From Candidatus Moranbacteria bacterium UBA1362 (lineage in GTDB: Bacteria > Patescibacteriota > Minisyncoccia > Moranbacterales > GWC2-37-73): a DNA stretch of 64,000 nucleotides. Shown in pieces: positions 1 to 9,555 of the stretch. The notes beneath the pieces were generated by a model. That model made no database searches. It had not been told where the DNA came from and saw only the letters and a list, made by a program, of their open reading frames with translations. The position numbers and the translations under genes are program-made. The stretch covers positions 1,482 through 65,481 of the forward strand of contig DBRS01000017.1 in assembly GCA_002306085.1 (NCBI GenBank), in the 5' to 3' direction. Every line of letters starts with the position of its first letter. Within the stretch, counting starts at the first letter, position 1.

Positions 1-2
1 GC

Positions 3-1046
3 TATTGGATTCCCGATATCAGCATGAGCGTCGAACCTGAAGAGCCCGATGGCAAGAAAGGGTTTTACAAAACCACACCTTGCGTGACTCTTTCAGCCGA
101 TATTCATGGAGAAAAAGACGGAATAGACATATTCTATGAATTTTCAAATGATGGAAATCCGATCAAAGGAGGCAAAAAATATGAAGGAAAATGCGTGAAA
201 ATTCCGGACGGCGATCCGACTCATTTTCAAGCGCAAGCCGTTAATGAAGACAATGACGATTGGAAAAGCGAGGTTGTTTCCAAAGACTTCAAGGTAAAGA
301 CCGGAGCCGATGAAGGCGATGTCGTGATCAATGAACTGATGTGGATGGGAAGCTTCGGCGATAGAGATGACGAGTGGATCGAGCTCAGGAACATGACAGA
401 CGAAGATATCGATATTTCAGGCTGGAGGATTCTGGGTGCGGGAAAAGGTTCGGGAGAAAACGCCCACATCCAGATACCGAATGGCTACACGATTGAAGCG
501 AACGGATATTTCCTTTTGACAAAAAACAAATGGAACAAGACCGAAATCAATCTTTCTGAAGATTTGGAAAAAAACGAGGGCAGAACGAATGTTTCAGGAA
601 TGAACCTTGCGGATTGCGGCGAAAAACTGGTCCTTGAGGATAAGAATAAAAATGTAATAGATGAAGTATGGAAGAATGACAGACATTGGCCGGACGGATG
701 GCATGGAATCTTTTTGCACATGTCCATGGCGAGAGACGGAAAGCCGGATGATGGAACTTCCTCTTCGAGCTGGCATACCTGCATAAATTCCAAGTGTAAC
801 AACAAAACCTATTGGCGCCATGAAGGACTGAATTTCGGAACGCCCGGCAAGGCAAATCTTTCACCTGACAACTCGGATGATCCTGAAATCATGGAGCAGA
901 AAATAGCGAAAGAAGAAGACAAAAAAGATGAGAAGAAAAAAGACGAAGAAAATCAAGGCAGTGAAAAAACAAAGCTTGAAATGAATCCGACGGCGGAAAA
1001 TTCGGATGCGGGAGAAAATGTTGAACCGCAAGCAACCGAAGAATAA
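3..1046 (+). CDS. Lamin-tail-domain (LTD) containing protein, 5'-partial (frame is open to window start); acidic Lys/Glu-rich C-terminal tail
   Basis: LTD signature VINELMW...DEWIELRN...DISGWRI...GYFLL; no stop between position 3 and the listed ATG at 24. Confidence 0.5.
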   Translation, partial: YWIPDISMSVEPEEPDGKKGFYKTTPCVTLSADIHGEKDGIDIFYEFSNDGNPIKGGKKYEGKCVKIPDGDPTHFQAQAVNEDNDDWKSEVVSKDFKVKTGADEGDVVINELMWMGSFGDRDDEWIELRNMTDEDIDISGWRILGAGKGSGENAHIQIPNGYTIEANGYFLLTKNKWNKTEINLSEDLEKNEGRTNVSGMNLADCGEKLVLEDKNKNVIDEVWKNDRHWPDGWHGIFLHMSMARDGKPDDGTSSSSWHTCINSKCNNKTYWRHEGLNFGTPGKANLSPDNSDDPEIMEQKIAKEEDKKDEKKKDEENQGSEKTKLEMNPTAENSDAGENVEPQATEE

Positions 1047-1060
1047 AAAATGTGAAATAT

Positions 1061-1092
1061 AAAAACGCAAGGACTATTCCCTTGCGTTTTTC
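1061..1092. terminator. Bidirectional rho-independent terminator between LTD gene (+) and alaS (-)
   Basis: AAAAACGCAAGG-actatt-CCTTGCGTTTTTC: 8-bp GC-containing stem flanked by A-run and T-run. Confidence 0.6.
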
Positions 1093-1127
1093 ATTTCCCT
1101 AAAAATTCAATGCCGTTCCTCAACAAG

Positions 1128-2999
1128 CTATTCCAAAACAGCCTTAATTCTTCTTACTCCGGCGCTTGACGATTCCTCTTTTACAAGCTTGAAATGTCCG
1201 AGTTCTCCTGTATTTTTCACATGCGGGCCTCCGCATATTTCACGGCTGACGATTTCACCTGCGTCATTAACGATGGAATATACCGTCACTTTTTCGCCAT
1301 ACTTTGAATCAAAAATTCCCATTGCATTTTTTTCTCGAGCCTCATCCAGTGTCATCTCCTCTTTGATAACGTCCAGCTTTGCTTCGATCGCGGCATTAAC
1401 AAGCTGCTGAACTTTTGTTTTTTGCTCTTCCGTCATTTTTTCCGGATGCGAAAAATCAAAACGGAGCCTTTCGGGAGTAATGTTCGAACCTTTTTGAACG
1501 ACATGATTCCCCAAAACCTGCCTGAGCGCCGCCAGCATCAAATGAGCAGCTGTGTGAAGTTTCACTGTCTGCTCGCTAGTATCTTGAAGCCCTCCTTTGA
1601 ACATTCCGGCAGAAGCAGTTTTTGAAAGCTCCTGATGTTTTTTGAATTCTTCCTTGAATTCCTCTATTTCAACAAACATCCCCTTTTTCTCTAATTCTTC
1701 CTGGATGAGTTCCAGGGGAAATCCATATGTTTGATATAAATCAAAAGCTATCTTTGCGTCAACTTTATTCATATATTCCCCTTTCTTCCACCCACCCTTC
1801 TTCCTTACTGGCAACCATTTGATTTTCTCCATGATTCTTAATCCCTGCTCCAAAGTCCTTTTAAATTTTTCTTCCTCTTTCTCCAGCTCTTCAAAAATCT
1901 TTTCTTTATTATCTTTAAGTTCTTTGTAAAAATCTTTATACATATCAACCACAACTTGGGCAATTTCTTTAGCAAAGTTTTTTTCAATTCCAAGAAGTTT
2001 TCCGTATCGCACAGCACGACGGATCAATCTGCGAAGAACATATCCCCTTCCGACATTTGCAGGAACGACACCTTCGGAAATGATGAAAGTCGCGGCTTTT
2101 ATGTGATCCGCAATGATGCGACAGCTTTTGGCTTCGGACTCGCAATTTTTTCCTGCAATTTCAAAAATTTTTGCAAAAATCGGTTGAAACAATTCGGTTT
2201 CAAAAACATTCTGCTTTCCGCTTATGACATAGAGCGTCCTTTCCAGACCCATTCCGGTATCAACATTGTGTTTCTTTAATTTTTCATATGTTCCGTCAGC
2301 CTTTTTTTCATATTCCATGAAAACGTCGTTCCAGACCTCAATGAGGCGTCCTGATTTTACAAGATCGGAAAATTTTCCGTTCATCTGCCCTTCTTCGGGT
2401 CTTGTATCATAGAACATTTCGGTGTCAGGACCGCACGGTCCCGTTTTCCCCGCAATCCAAAAATTATCGTCTTCTCCGAGCGGTATAATTTTTATGTTGC
2501 CCTTAATCATTTCATCATCGCCAGCCACTTCCGCGTCAAATCCGGTTTTTTGCTTGAAAACATCCTGCCAGATCAAAATCGATTCCTCGTCGCGCGGAAT
2601 GCCATCTTCGCCCTTAAAAACAGTGACGTACAACCTTTCGTGATCAAGTCCGAGCCCGTTTTCTTTGTCTGTCAAAAATTCAAAGCTCCACTCGATCGCT
2701 TCTTTTTTGAAATAATCTCCAAAGCTCCAGTTTCCGAGCATTTCAAAAAAAGTAAGATGTCTGTTGTCTCCGACGTCGTCAACATCGCTCGTGCGGATAC
2801 ACTTTTGAACGTTCGCAACTCTTTTACCGCCCGGATGCTCCTCGCCAAGAAGATACGGCACCAAAGGATGCATTCCGGCAGTCGTAAACAAAGTCGAAGC
2901 GTCGGTTTCGCGCGGAATTAAAGAAGCCGAAGGGATTATTGTGTGTCCCTTTGATTCAAAAAAATCCAGATATTTTTTTCTGAGTTCGTTTGCCGTCAT
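1128..2999 (-). CDS. alaS: Alanyl-tRNA synthetase (short form lacking C-terminal C-Ala domain)
   Basis: N-terminal class II AlaRS catalytic core (FFESKGH..., WSFGDYFK), editing-domain HxxxH region; 623 aa. Confidence 0.88.
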   Translation of the reverse strand: MTANELRKKYLDFFESKGHTIIPSASLIPRETDASTLFTTAGMHPLVPYLLGEEHPGGKRVANVQKCIRTSDVDDVGDNRHLTFFEMLGNWSFGDYFKKEAIEWSFEFLTDKENGLGLDHERLYVTVFKGEDGIPRDEESILIWQDVFKQKTGFDAEVAGDDEMIKGNIKIIPLGEDDNFWIAGKTGPCGPDTEMFYDTRPEEGQMNGKFSDLVKSGRLIEVWNDVFMEYEKKADGTYEKLKKHNVDTGMGLERTLYVISGKQNVFETELFQPIFAKIFEIAGKNCESEAKSCRIIADHIKAATFIISEGVVPANVGRGYVLRRLIRRAVRYGKLLGIEKNFAKEIAQVVVDMYKDFYKELKDNKEKIFEELEKEEEKFKRTLEQGLRIMEKIKWLPVRKKGGWKKGEYMNKVDAKIAFDLYQTYGFPLELIQEELEKKGMFVEIEEFKEEFKKHQELSKTASAGMFKGGLQDTSEQTVKLHTAAHLMLAALRQVLGNHVVQKGSNITPERLRFDFSHPEKMTEEQKTKVQQLVNAAIEAKLDVIKEEMTLDEAREKNAMGIFDSKYGEKVTVYSIVNDAGEIVSREICGGPHVKNTGELGHFKLVKEESSSAGVRRIKAVLE

Positions 3000-3277
3000 T
3001 ACAATCTATTTTTTAATTCTCTAAGATTATGCTCGATATCTTCCTTAATATCTTTCCAGTTTTTCCCCACCCAGATCGAACTTCCCAGTGAGTTTCTGAA
3101 AGCCCTTTCAAGCAACTCTTTGGTCCTGCGCAAAATTTCGTTCAAATCCGCATCGTTCCTGTTGGCCATGCCGTCAATCTCACGTTCTATATCATGTAAC
3201 TTATTGCCAATTTTCCCAAGGACATCTTCATCCGATATTTTTTCTTTCACGACTTTTTCAAATTTCGAATATATCAT
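2999..3277 (-). CDS. Hypothetical small protein (92 aa)
   Basis: ORF co-oriented and tightly packed with neighbours; no recognisable motif. Confidence 0.35.
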   Translation of the reverse strand: MIYSKFEKVVKEKISDEDVLGKIGNKLHDIEREIDGMANRNDADLNEILRRTKELLERAFRNSLGSSIWVGKNWKDIKEDIEHNLRELKNRL

Positions 3278-3294
3278 ATGAGTAAAATTAAATA

Positions 3295-3549
3295 TTAATG
3301 TCCCAGCATGTTCATCTGGCGCTTCAATTTTATTATTTCGTTGCGAAGCTGAGTAATATCTTCTTCAGTTCTTTTGAGCCTGCTCTCCTTTGATGCTTTA
3401 TCCGCCTGAAGCTGCGCTTCCTTTTGCTTGATATCGCGAAGCGCAATCTCCAGCTCAACCTTAACCCGCTCGAATTTTTTCACATCAGATTCCTTGAGCA
3501 GAATTTCCATCTGCATTTTTTTCTTTTGTGCCGAAATTTCAGGATTCAT
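3295..3549 (-). CDS. Hypothetical coiled-coil protein (84 aa)
   Basis: heptad-like charged repeat composition; co-oriented, tight spacing. Confidence 0.35.
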   Translation of the reverse strand: MNPEISAQKKKMQMEILLKESDVKKFERVKVELEIALRDIKQKEAQLQADKASKESRLKRTEEDITQLRNEIIKLKRQMNMLGH

Positions 3550-3620
3550 ATATTAGCTTTTTAGGTTTTTAATTTTTAGCTTCTATATTTTGCAGTTGCT
3601 TCAAGCTCGCATTCTGATGC

Positions 3621-4772
3621 CTATTTGATTATTCCTCCCCCCAGCACCTCGCTGTCGTCAGAATAGAACACAGCGGACTGGCCGGGAGTCACCGCTCTCT
3701 GAGGCTCCAAAAATTCCACTTTCAGGATTGTTTTCGATTTTTGCCCTTTTTCCGCCTGTTTTTTTATTATAGCACGAACCGCCCGATTCTTATAGCGGAT
3801 TTTCACATTGGCTTCAAGAGGAAATTTCGGCTCGCCCGAGATCCAATTTTCGGCTTCAACAAGCATCGTTTTTCTGCAGAGGCCGGGATCGTTGGGGTTA
3901 TTGGTGACAATAAGCCGGTTGCTTTTAAAATCGCGCTCCACAACATAATAAGGCCCGTTTCCGCCTATATTTATGCCCTTCCTCTGCCCGATTGTGTATA
4001 GCTCAAGTCCCTCATGGGTTCCTATTTTCGCTCCTGCTCCGGACTTCAGGGTGCTTTGTGCGCCGGCACAAAGTGAACTGTTCGCAAAAACTATATCGCC
4101 GGGCGAAAGATTGACATTGCGCCTGATAAATCCATCCGGGCTCTCGCCTCTTATGAAACAAATATTCTGCGAATCATCCCTGTCAAAAACCGGAAGGCTC
4201 ATTTTTTTGGCGATCTTTCTCGTTTCGGGTTTCTTGAGTGACTCCAGCGGAAACAGAATTTTAGCCAGCTGTTTTTCAGTAAGATTATACAAGAAATATG
4301 TCTGATCTTTTTGCGCGTCACTTGGCATATACAAGCGATATTTTCCGTTCTTTTTTTCTATTCTGGCATAATGTCCGGTAGCAACAAAATCGGCTTTCAT
4401 CTCAAGCATTTTTTCAAAAAGCACGTGAAATTTCACTTTTTTGTTGCATGTCACACAGGGATTCGGGGTTCTGCCGGCCTTAATTTCATCGATAAAATAT
4501 TTCACAACGTGTTTTTTAAATTCTCTCGAGACATCCACCGCATGAAACTCGATGCCCAACGTTTTTGCCACATTTTTCGCATCTTTTTCGGATTCCGCGA
4601 AGTAGTCATCGCTTTCTCCGGACGTTTCTTTTGGCTCTTTCCAGAAACGCAAAAACACTCCAACGACATCGTATCCCTGTTTCTTGAGCAGCGCTGCCGC
4701 GGTGGAGGAATCAACTCCCGCTGACATGCCGACAATTACTTTTTTTCTTTTATTCTTTTTATTCCTTTGCAT
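3621..4772 (-). CDS. mnmA: tRNA-specific 2-thiouridylase MnmA
   Basis: PP-loop SGGVDSS motif (VGMSAGVDSS), conserved Cys, full-length MnmA architecture. Confidence 0.88.
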   Translation of the reverse strand: MQRNKKNKRKKVIVGMSAGVDSSTAAALLKKQGYDVVGVFLRFWKEPKETSGESDDYFAESEKDAKNVAKTLGIEFHAVDVSREFKKHVVKYFIDEIKAGRTPNPCVTCNKKVKFHVLFEKMLEMKADFVATGHYARIEKKNGKYRLYMPSDAQKDQTYFLYNLTEKQLAKILFPLESLKKPETRKIAKKMSLPVFDRDDSQNICFIRGESPDGFIRRNVNLSPGDIVFANSSLCAGAQSTLKSGAGAKIGTHEGLELYTIGQRKGINIGGNGPYYVVERDFKSNRLIVTNNPNDPGLCRKTMLVEAENWISGEPKFPLEANVKIRYKNRAVRAIIKKQAEKGQKSKTILKVEFLEPQRAVTPGQSAVFYSDDSEVLGGGIIK

Positions 4773-4894
4773 AAAAATCCTCAGAAAAATAAAAACTCGG
4801 GACTGATGTCAGTCGCCAAGCTTGGTGATAAAACGGATTAAAAATACCGCTTACAGTTCGAACAATCTCAAGGAATTATCTGACATTTCGCCTA

Positions 4895-6808
4895 TTATTC
4901 TTGTTTTTTATTATTTTTTGAATTATCTATCAGCTTCCGAACTTCGTCAAGATTTATTTGAGGTCTTTTTCTTTGCGATCTGAATTTTTTCGGAGCAATA
5001 TATTTCATCTGTGAAAGTTTTAGCGATTTTTCATCGGGCGCATAGAGTTTGTGCTCCACATGTTTTTCGAAGGGTTTTTGAGATGAAAAATCTTTTTGGA
5101 AATCTCCCTCTTTTTCCCGATTCTCTTTCGCGCGTTTACTAGTTTTTTCTCCGCGATCCGCGCTTTTCCCAGATCCCGCTTCTTCTCTTTCGTGCTGGGC
5201 GCGCTTCTCCTGGGCAAGTTTCTCTTTCGCCATCATGCGCTGGTAGTCTTTTAGGCACTCTCTGCAGAAAGTCGGCCTCTTTCCGTCCGGCTGGAAAGGA
5301 ACCTGAATATTATTGCCGCACATGTCGCATATTGCGTCGAACATCGGCCTTGAAATTGCAGGTTCAGCATCACTTTCCTTTGGAGCCTTCACAGAATCTT
5401 TTCCGGCAGTTTCTTTTTTTACCTCCGCCTCGGGTTTTGTCCCTTGTTGCGCCTGTTGTTTTTGCCGCGGCTCGCTGACTGTTTGTTCCTGCTGCAGCTT
5501 GTTGACCGTTTGGAATCCTCCCGAAGGCATGATTCCAGACCAGCGTGCAATCTTATCTTCCACTTCAGCTTTTGTCGACGCGTAGCGTTCGCGAGAGATC
5601 TGTATAACTTTCTGTTCATTTTCCAGCGTGTCTTCTATAAATATGGGGGGCAGAGTCACCGCCGAAAAAGCGTCTCCCGCGATTCCATCAATCATCAATT
5701 TAAGATAGATGTTGTATTTTGCGAGATTGACAATATCATTTTCCGTAAAGATAGGCGCGAATTCTTTTTCCAAAAATTCAGCGTCAACCGCGCCGACCCT
5801 GAATGAGATTATTGTTCCGGCATTGCCGAAAATCGCGTCGCGCACCTTTTCATCGATTTGAGATATATACTGATTAGCCAAAATCAAATTAAGTCTGTAT
5901 TTTCTGGCCTCCGAGAGAATATTGGCAAAAGATTCCGTCGCGAAGTTCTGAAACTCATCGACATAAAGGTAGAAATCATTGCGTTCTTCTTCGGGAATAT
6001 CAACACGCGCCATCGCGGCAAGCTGAATTTTTGTTATCATCATCGCGCCCAAAAGAGCGCTGTTATCTTCGCCAATTCTTCCTTTGGAAAGATTCAGGAT
6101 GAGAATTTTTTTGGAATCCATGACTTCCCTGATATCAAAAGACGACTGCGTCTGGCCGACAATGTTTCTAATAAGCGAACTTGATAAAAATTGCCCGACT
6201 TTGTTTTGAATAGGTGAAATAACTTCCTGCAGAACTCTGTCGTTCCATTTTGTGAATTCCTCGTTCCAAAACTGTTTCACAACGGGATCCGTGACTTTGT
6301 CCACGACTTTCTCGCGATATCTCTTGTCCACAAGAATTCTTGTCACGCCCAAAAGCGTGCTGCCCGGATATTCCAAAAGCGCCAAAATTGCATTGCGCAA
6401 AATATATTCCAAACGGGGACCCCACGAATCCGCCCATATTTTTTTGAACACACCGATAAGACCGGACGCAACTAGATGTCGGTATTCCGGATTGACAGCT
6501 TCCATGACATTGAAAGCTATCGGAAACTTTTGGTCCGCTGGATTGAGATATATAACATCCTTGATGCGCTCGGACGGAATCGCTTTTATGAGCTTCTCGG
6601 CGGTGTCTCCGTGAGGATCAATATAGCAAACTCCGTTCCCTCTTCGAATATCCTGCACGGCCATATTCTCAAGCAGATTTGTCTTTCCCATTCCGGTCTT
6701 TCCGATGATGTAAATGTGTCTGCGCCTGTCATCGGTTTTTATTCCGAAGACCCGTTCCTGGTTTCTGAAATTTGTTTTTGCAAAAAAAGTTATATCATTA
6801 TTCATCAC
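4895..6808 (-). CDS. VirD4/TraG/HerA-like P-loop ATPase (FtsK-HerA superfamily) with C-terminal C4 zinc ribbon and Lys-rich tail
   Basis: Walker A GKTGMGKT, Walker B YLYVDEFQNF, C-terminal CDMCGN...FCRECL. Confidence 0.6.
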   Translation of the reverse strand: MMNNDITFFAKTNFRNQERVFGIKTDDRRRHIYIIGKTGMGKTNLLENMAVQDIRRGNGVCYIDPHGDTAEKLIKAIPSERIKDVIYLNPADQKFPIAFNVMEAVNPEYRHLVASGLIGVFKKIWADSWGPRLEYILRNAILALLEYPGSTLLGVTRILVDKRYREKVVDKVTDPVVKQFWNEEFTKWNDRVLQEVISPIQNKVGQFLSSSLIRNIVGQTQSSFDIREVMDSKKILILNLSKGRIGEDNSALLGAMMITKIQLAAMARVDIPEEERNDFYLYVDEFQNFATESFANILSEARKYRLNLILANQYISQIDEKVRDAIFGNAGTIISFRVGAVDAEFLEKEFAPIFTENDIVNLAKYNIYLKLMIDGIAGDAFSAVTLPPIFIEDTLENEQKVIQISRERYASTKAEVEDKIARWSGIMPSGGFQTVNKLQQEQTVSEPRQKQQAQQGTKPEAEVKKETAGKDSVKAPKESDAEPAISRPMFDAICDMCGNNIQVPFQPDGKRPTFCRECLKDYQRMMAKEKLAQEKRAQHEREEAGSGKSADRGEKTSKRAKENREKEGDFQKDFSSQKPFEKHVEHKLYAPDEKSLKLSQMKYIAPKKFRSQRKRPQINLDEVRKLIDNSKNNKKQE

Positions 6809-6877
6809 TGGCTTCGTCGTTTAATTTTTTATGTTTTTCATAGATTCATGTGTGATTCGTGGTTTCGTATCGGTGAT

Positions 6878-8155
6878 TTATTCCACGGGCAAATTTGCCG
6901 GAGCTCCTCCGCGTTTTGCCTCAACGCGCGTAATCGAAGGAGCAACCACGCTCATATCAGGCAGATGAAATACCGTTGCAAGTTCTTCCGAGCTCAAAGT
7001 CATCTTAAATCCATCCATGCTTCTCGATCTGTATCTGCGCAAAATTTTCCTTTGTCTGTATCTCAAACGAGATTCCTTGAAAAAATAGGCGGAGACAGTT
7101 TTGGTATCACTCCCCGGCTTGAAACCGTTCAAATTTTCGTCATTAAACTGCTTTATTCCACCGAAGAAAGAAGTGACTCCGAGCGACCTGTCGAAATTTT
7201 CCCTGCGTCCCACATAAATGAAACGTCCCTTTGTGAAAAATTGCAATTTACCCAGATTATCTTCGATCGCTTTAAGAACCTCTCTTTCCCCTGGTGACAG
7301 TCTGAATTCGAGCGGCTGTTCCTCTTTCTTTGACTCTTCCTTAAATTCAACCGGCTTGGTAAGCGCGATTATCAAATTGGAAAATACATCCATAATATCT
7401 TTCCAAAGCCTTTTTAGAATTTCTTCCTTTTTCTCCTCCCTGCCTTTCAGTTTATCCAATATTTTCTTTCCTTCAGTCACTCCCCAACTCGGCTTGGCGG
7501 GATAAATGACCCATTGAAGCCACATTTTCTGGCCGGGACCTATTTTTCCCATTGTTTCGACGAGTCCGGCCAAAGGATCGATCATTTTTCCCGTGACTGA
7601 TTCTTCAAATTTCGGATAGGTTCTTATGGGATAAGCGTCATGTTTGGTAAATTCCAAATCTGCTCCCCACAAGTCCCATTGGCTGTTGGGAACTATTCTG
7701 GGTATATCATCCACGTAATCGGGAACCTCGACTATCCCCACATCCGGATACTGGGCGTAGATGTGCGACTCAACAAGACTGCGATGCTTTTTCAACGTTC
7801 TAATGTAAAAATGCACATTGCCTTCATCGCTTACTAGTTCCAGACTCATTATGTCTGTGAACGCTCCGTCGAGATTTATTTCAAGCTGATTGAATGTTTT
7901 TTCAACTCCGGCAAAACCAGCAAAAAGAGCCTCCATGGGTTTAGGGCTTTTTTCAATATTTTTTGGAGGAATGATTTCAAGCAACGTCCAGGTAAGGGAA
8001 GAAAAATATTTGTCCTGTATATGATACAGCCAAAGGATTTTGAAAAACAGATAAAAGATGGGCGGCAGAGCGATAAACCAAGTATGTTCCAATACCTGGC
8101 CCGATAACGCCAATGAATTTCCGATCTGGATAAATGCGCTTGAAATTATTTCCAT
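6878..8155 (-). CDS. Hypothetical membrane-anchored protein, likely operon partner of the VirD4/HerA-like ATPase
   Basis: N-terminal hydrophobic helix (WFIALPPIFYLFFKILWLY); 70-bp gap to downstream ATPase gene on same strand. Confidence 0.45.
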   Translation of the reverse strand: MEIISSAFIQIGNSLALSGQVLEHTWFIALPPIFYLFFKILWLYHIQDKYFSSLTWTLLEIIPPKNIEKSPKPMEALFAGFAGVEKTFNQLEINLDGAFTDIMSLELVSDEGNVHFYIRTLKKHRSLVESHIYAQYPDVGIVEVPDYVDDIPRIVPNSQWDLWGADLEFTKHDAYPIRTYPKFEESVTGKMIDPLAGLVETMGKIGPGQKMWLQWVIYPAKPSWGVTEGKKILDKLKGREEKKEEILKRLWKDIMDVFSNLIIALTKPVEFKEESKKEEQPLEFRLSPGEREVLKAIEDNLGKLQFFTKGRFIYVGRRENFDRSLGVTSFFGGIKQFNDENLNGFKPGSDTKTVSAYFFKESRLRYRQRKILRRYRSRSMDGFKMTLSSEELATVFHLPDMSVVAPSITRVEAKRGGAPANLPVE

Positions 8156-8233
8156 ATTTTTGTCTCGTTAAACCCGCCCGGATGCAATTTTGCCCTTCAA
8201 ACAAGACATGATTTTTATTTTTTCGCAATACGG

Positions 8234-9328
8234 CTATTTTTTGATTGAATATGTGCCGCTTTTCGATTTAGTAAAGTAGTTGTTAAGATTGATCACTATG
8301 GTTGATTTCTTCACTTGTCTTACCTTCAGGACTTTTCCTATAATCTCATCTCTTTTGAGTGGTTTTTTTGCCGCCTTGATGATTTCCTCGATAACGTCTT
8401 TTACCGTACCTTTTTTGTACCCCCACTCTGCCAAAGCATATATGCCTCTTCCCACCAGCACAAAATTGTCATCTTTAATAAGCTCATTATGCACGGTCTG
8501 GGGATGCGTTTTCTTTTTGTTAAGGCTGTGCCTGTCGATTTCTTCCGCGATTTCCCGGAAATGCAACGGTTTCTTTGTTTCCTTGAGGATAAGATAGGCC
8601 TTTTCCCTTGTTCCTTTGGGAGAAACTTCTTTCCACTTTGCAATTCCCCATTTTCCAAAAGAATTTCTGGCCAATTCTTCCGATACATCCAGATAATGCG
8701 AAAGATTTTCTTTGCCGAAACCGGAGAAGGAATAATTTTCAACAATGGACTTGAATAATTCATCAAGAAGCAAAGTGCTTTTCTTTTTTTCAAGCATCTC
8801 AACAGCGGCATCCTTTATTGATTTCCATTTTTTGACATTGAATTCCGCGGTTGAATATGACGCCTTAAGCACGCCGGGAATTTCCTGATAATTTATCCCG
8901 TCCACGCATTCCAGAAAAAAACTTATGGCAGCTTCTTCGCTTTTATCACTTTTTCCCAACTCAGAAGCGAGTTTTTTCTTCTCTATTATACCACTGTTTG
9001 ACTGTATAGCCAATGTGATTTTTGTTTTAGCCTGAACAAGATATGGATTATCTTTTTTTTCACAGATTTTTCTCACGACTTCATGTACGATCTGCCTCAC
9101 TCGTTCCCGGGTAATGTTATATTTGTTTCCGATTTCTTCCAATGTCAAAGCGTTGCCGCCGTGAACCCCATAGCGGATAAAAATGATTTCCTGGGAACGT
9201 TTTGACAAACCGGAAATAATCTCTTTTAGCGCATCAGAAAAAAAGAAGTTTTCGGATATATTTTTTTGTGGCTGATTTGAGCTGGATTCCATATTTTTAA
9301 ACACAAAAATAAATATTAGACACTTCAT
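8234..9328 (-). CDS. Sigma-70 region-4 HTH fused to two HARE-HTH (RNAP delta-like) winged-helix repeats; putative transcription regulator
   Basis: region 4.2-like LTLEEIGNKYNITRERVRQIVHEVVRKI; C-terminal repeats ...FREIAEEI...VHNELIKDDNFVLVGRGIYALAEWGY. Confidence 0.55.
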   Translation of the reverse strand: MKCLIFIFVFKNMESSSNQPQKNISENFFFSDALKEIISGLSKRSQEIIFIRYGVHGGNALTLEEIGNKYNITRERVRQIVHEVVRKICEKKDNPYLVQAKTKITLAIQSNSGIIEKKKLASELGKSDKSEEAAISFFLECVDGINYQEIPGVLKASYSTAEFNVKKWKSIKDAAVEMLEKKKSTLLLDELFKSIVENYSFSGFGKENLSHYLDVSEELARNSFGKWGIAKWKEVSPKGTREKAYLILKETKKPLHFREIAEEIDRHSLNKKKTHPQTVHNELIKDDNFVLVGRGIYALAEWGYKKGTVKDVIEEIIKAAKKPLKRDEIIGKVLKVRQVKKSTIVINLNNYFTKSKSGTYSIKK

Positions 9329-9481
9329 ATTATATTACCATATATTAAATTTTTGTCAACCCCAAAACAGCTTTTTGAAACTTTTGATTTTTCTCCTGTT
9401 TTTAAGCTCTCGAAAGCCCAAAAATCGACCGCAACTCGCATACAGAAAGCACACATAATAAATGCACACCGGAAAGCAAAA

Positions 9482-9506
9482 AATTACGTAATTAATTACG
9501 TAATTT
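9482..9506. promoter_or_regulatory. Tandem palindromic TTACGTAA operator-like sites (2 copies, 12-bp spacing) upstream of the sigma4/HARE-HTH gene
   Basis: AATTACGTAATTAATTACGTAATTT; same motif recurs at 29469-29502, 46741-46788, 47960-47993. Confidence 0.5.
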
Positions 9507-9555
9507 TAAAGCAAGCGTTGAATTTTGATACTTATTTAGGTAAGGAATATATTCC

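Noticed and set aside
4773-4894. Imperfect inverted repeat GATGTCAG…CTGACAT in mnmA/ATPase spacer
   Set aside because: 7/8 match only, 75-bp spacing, no second occurrence; insufficient evidence.
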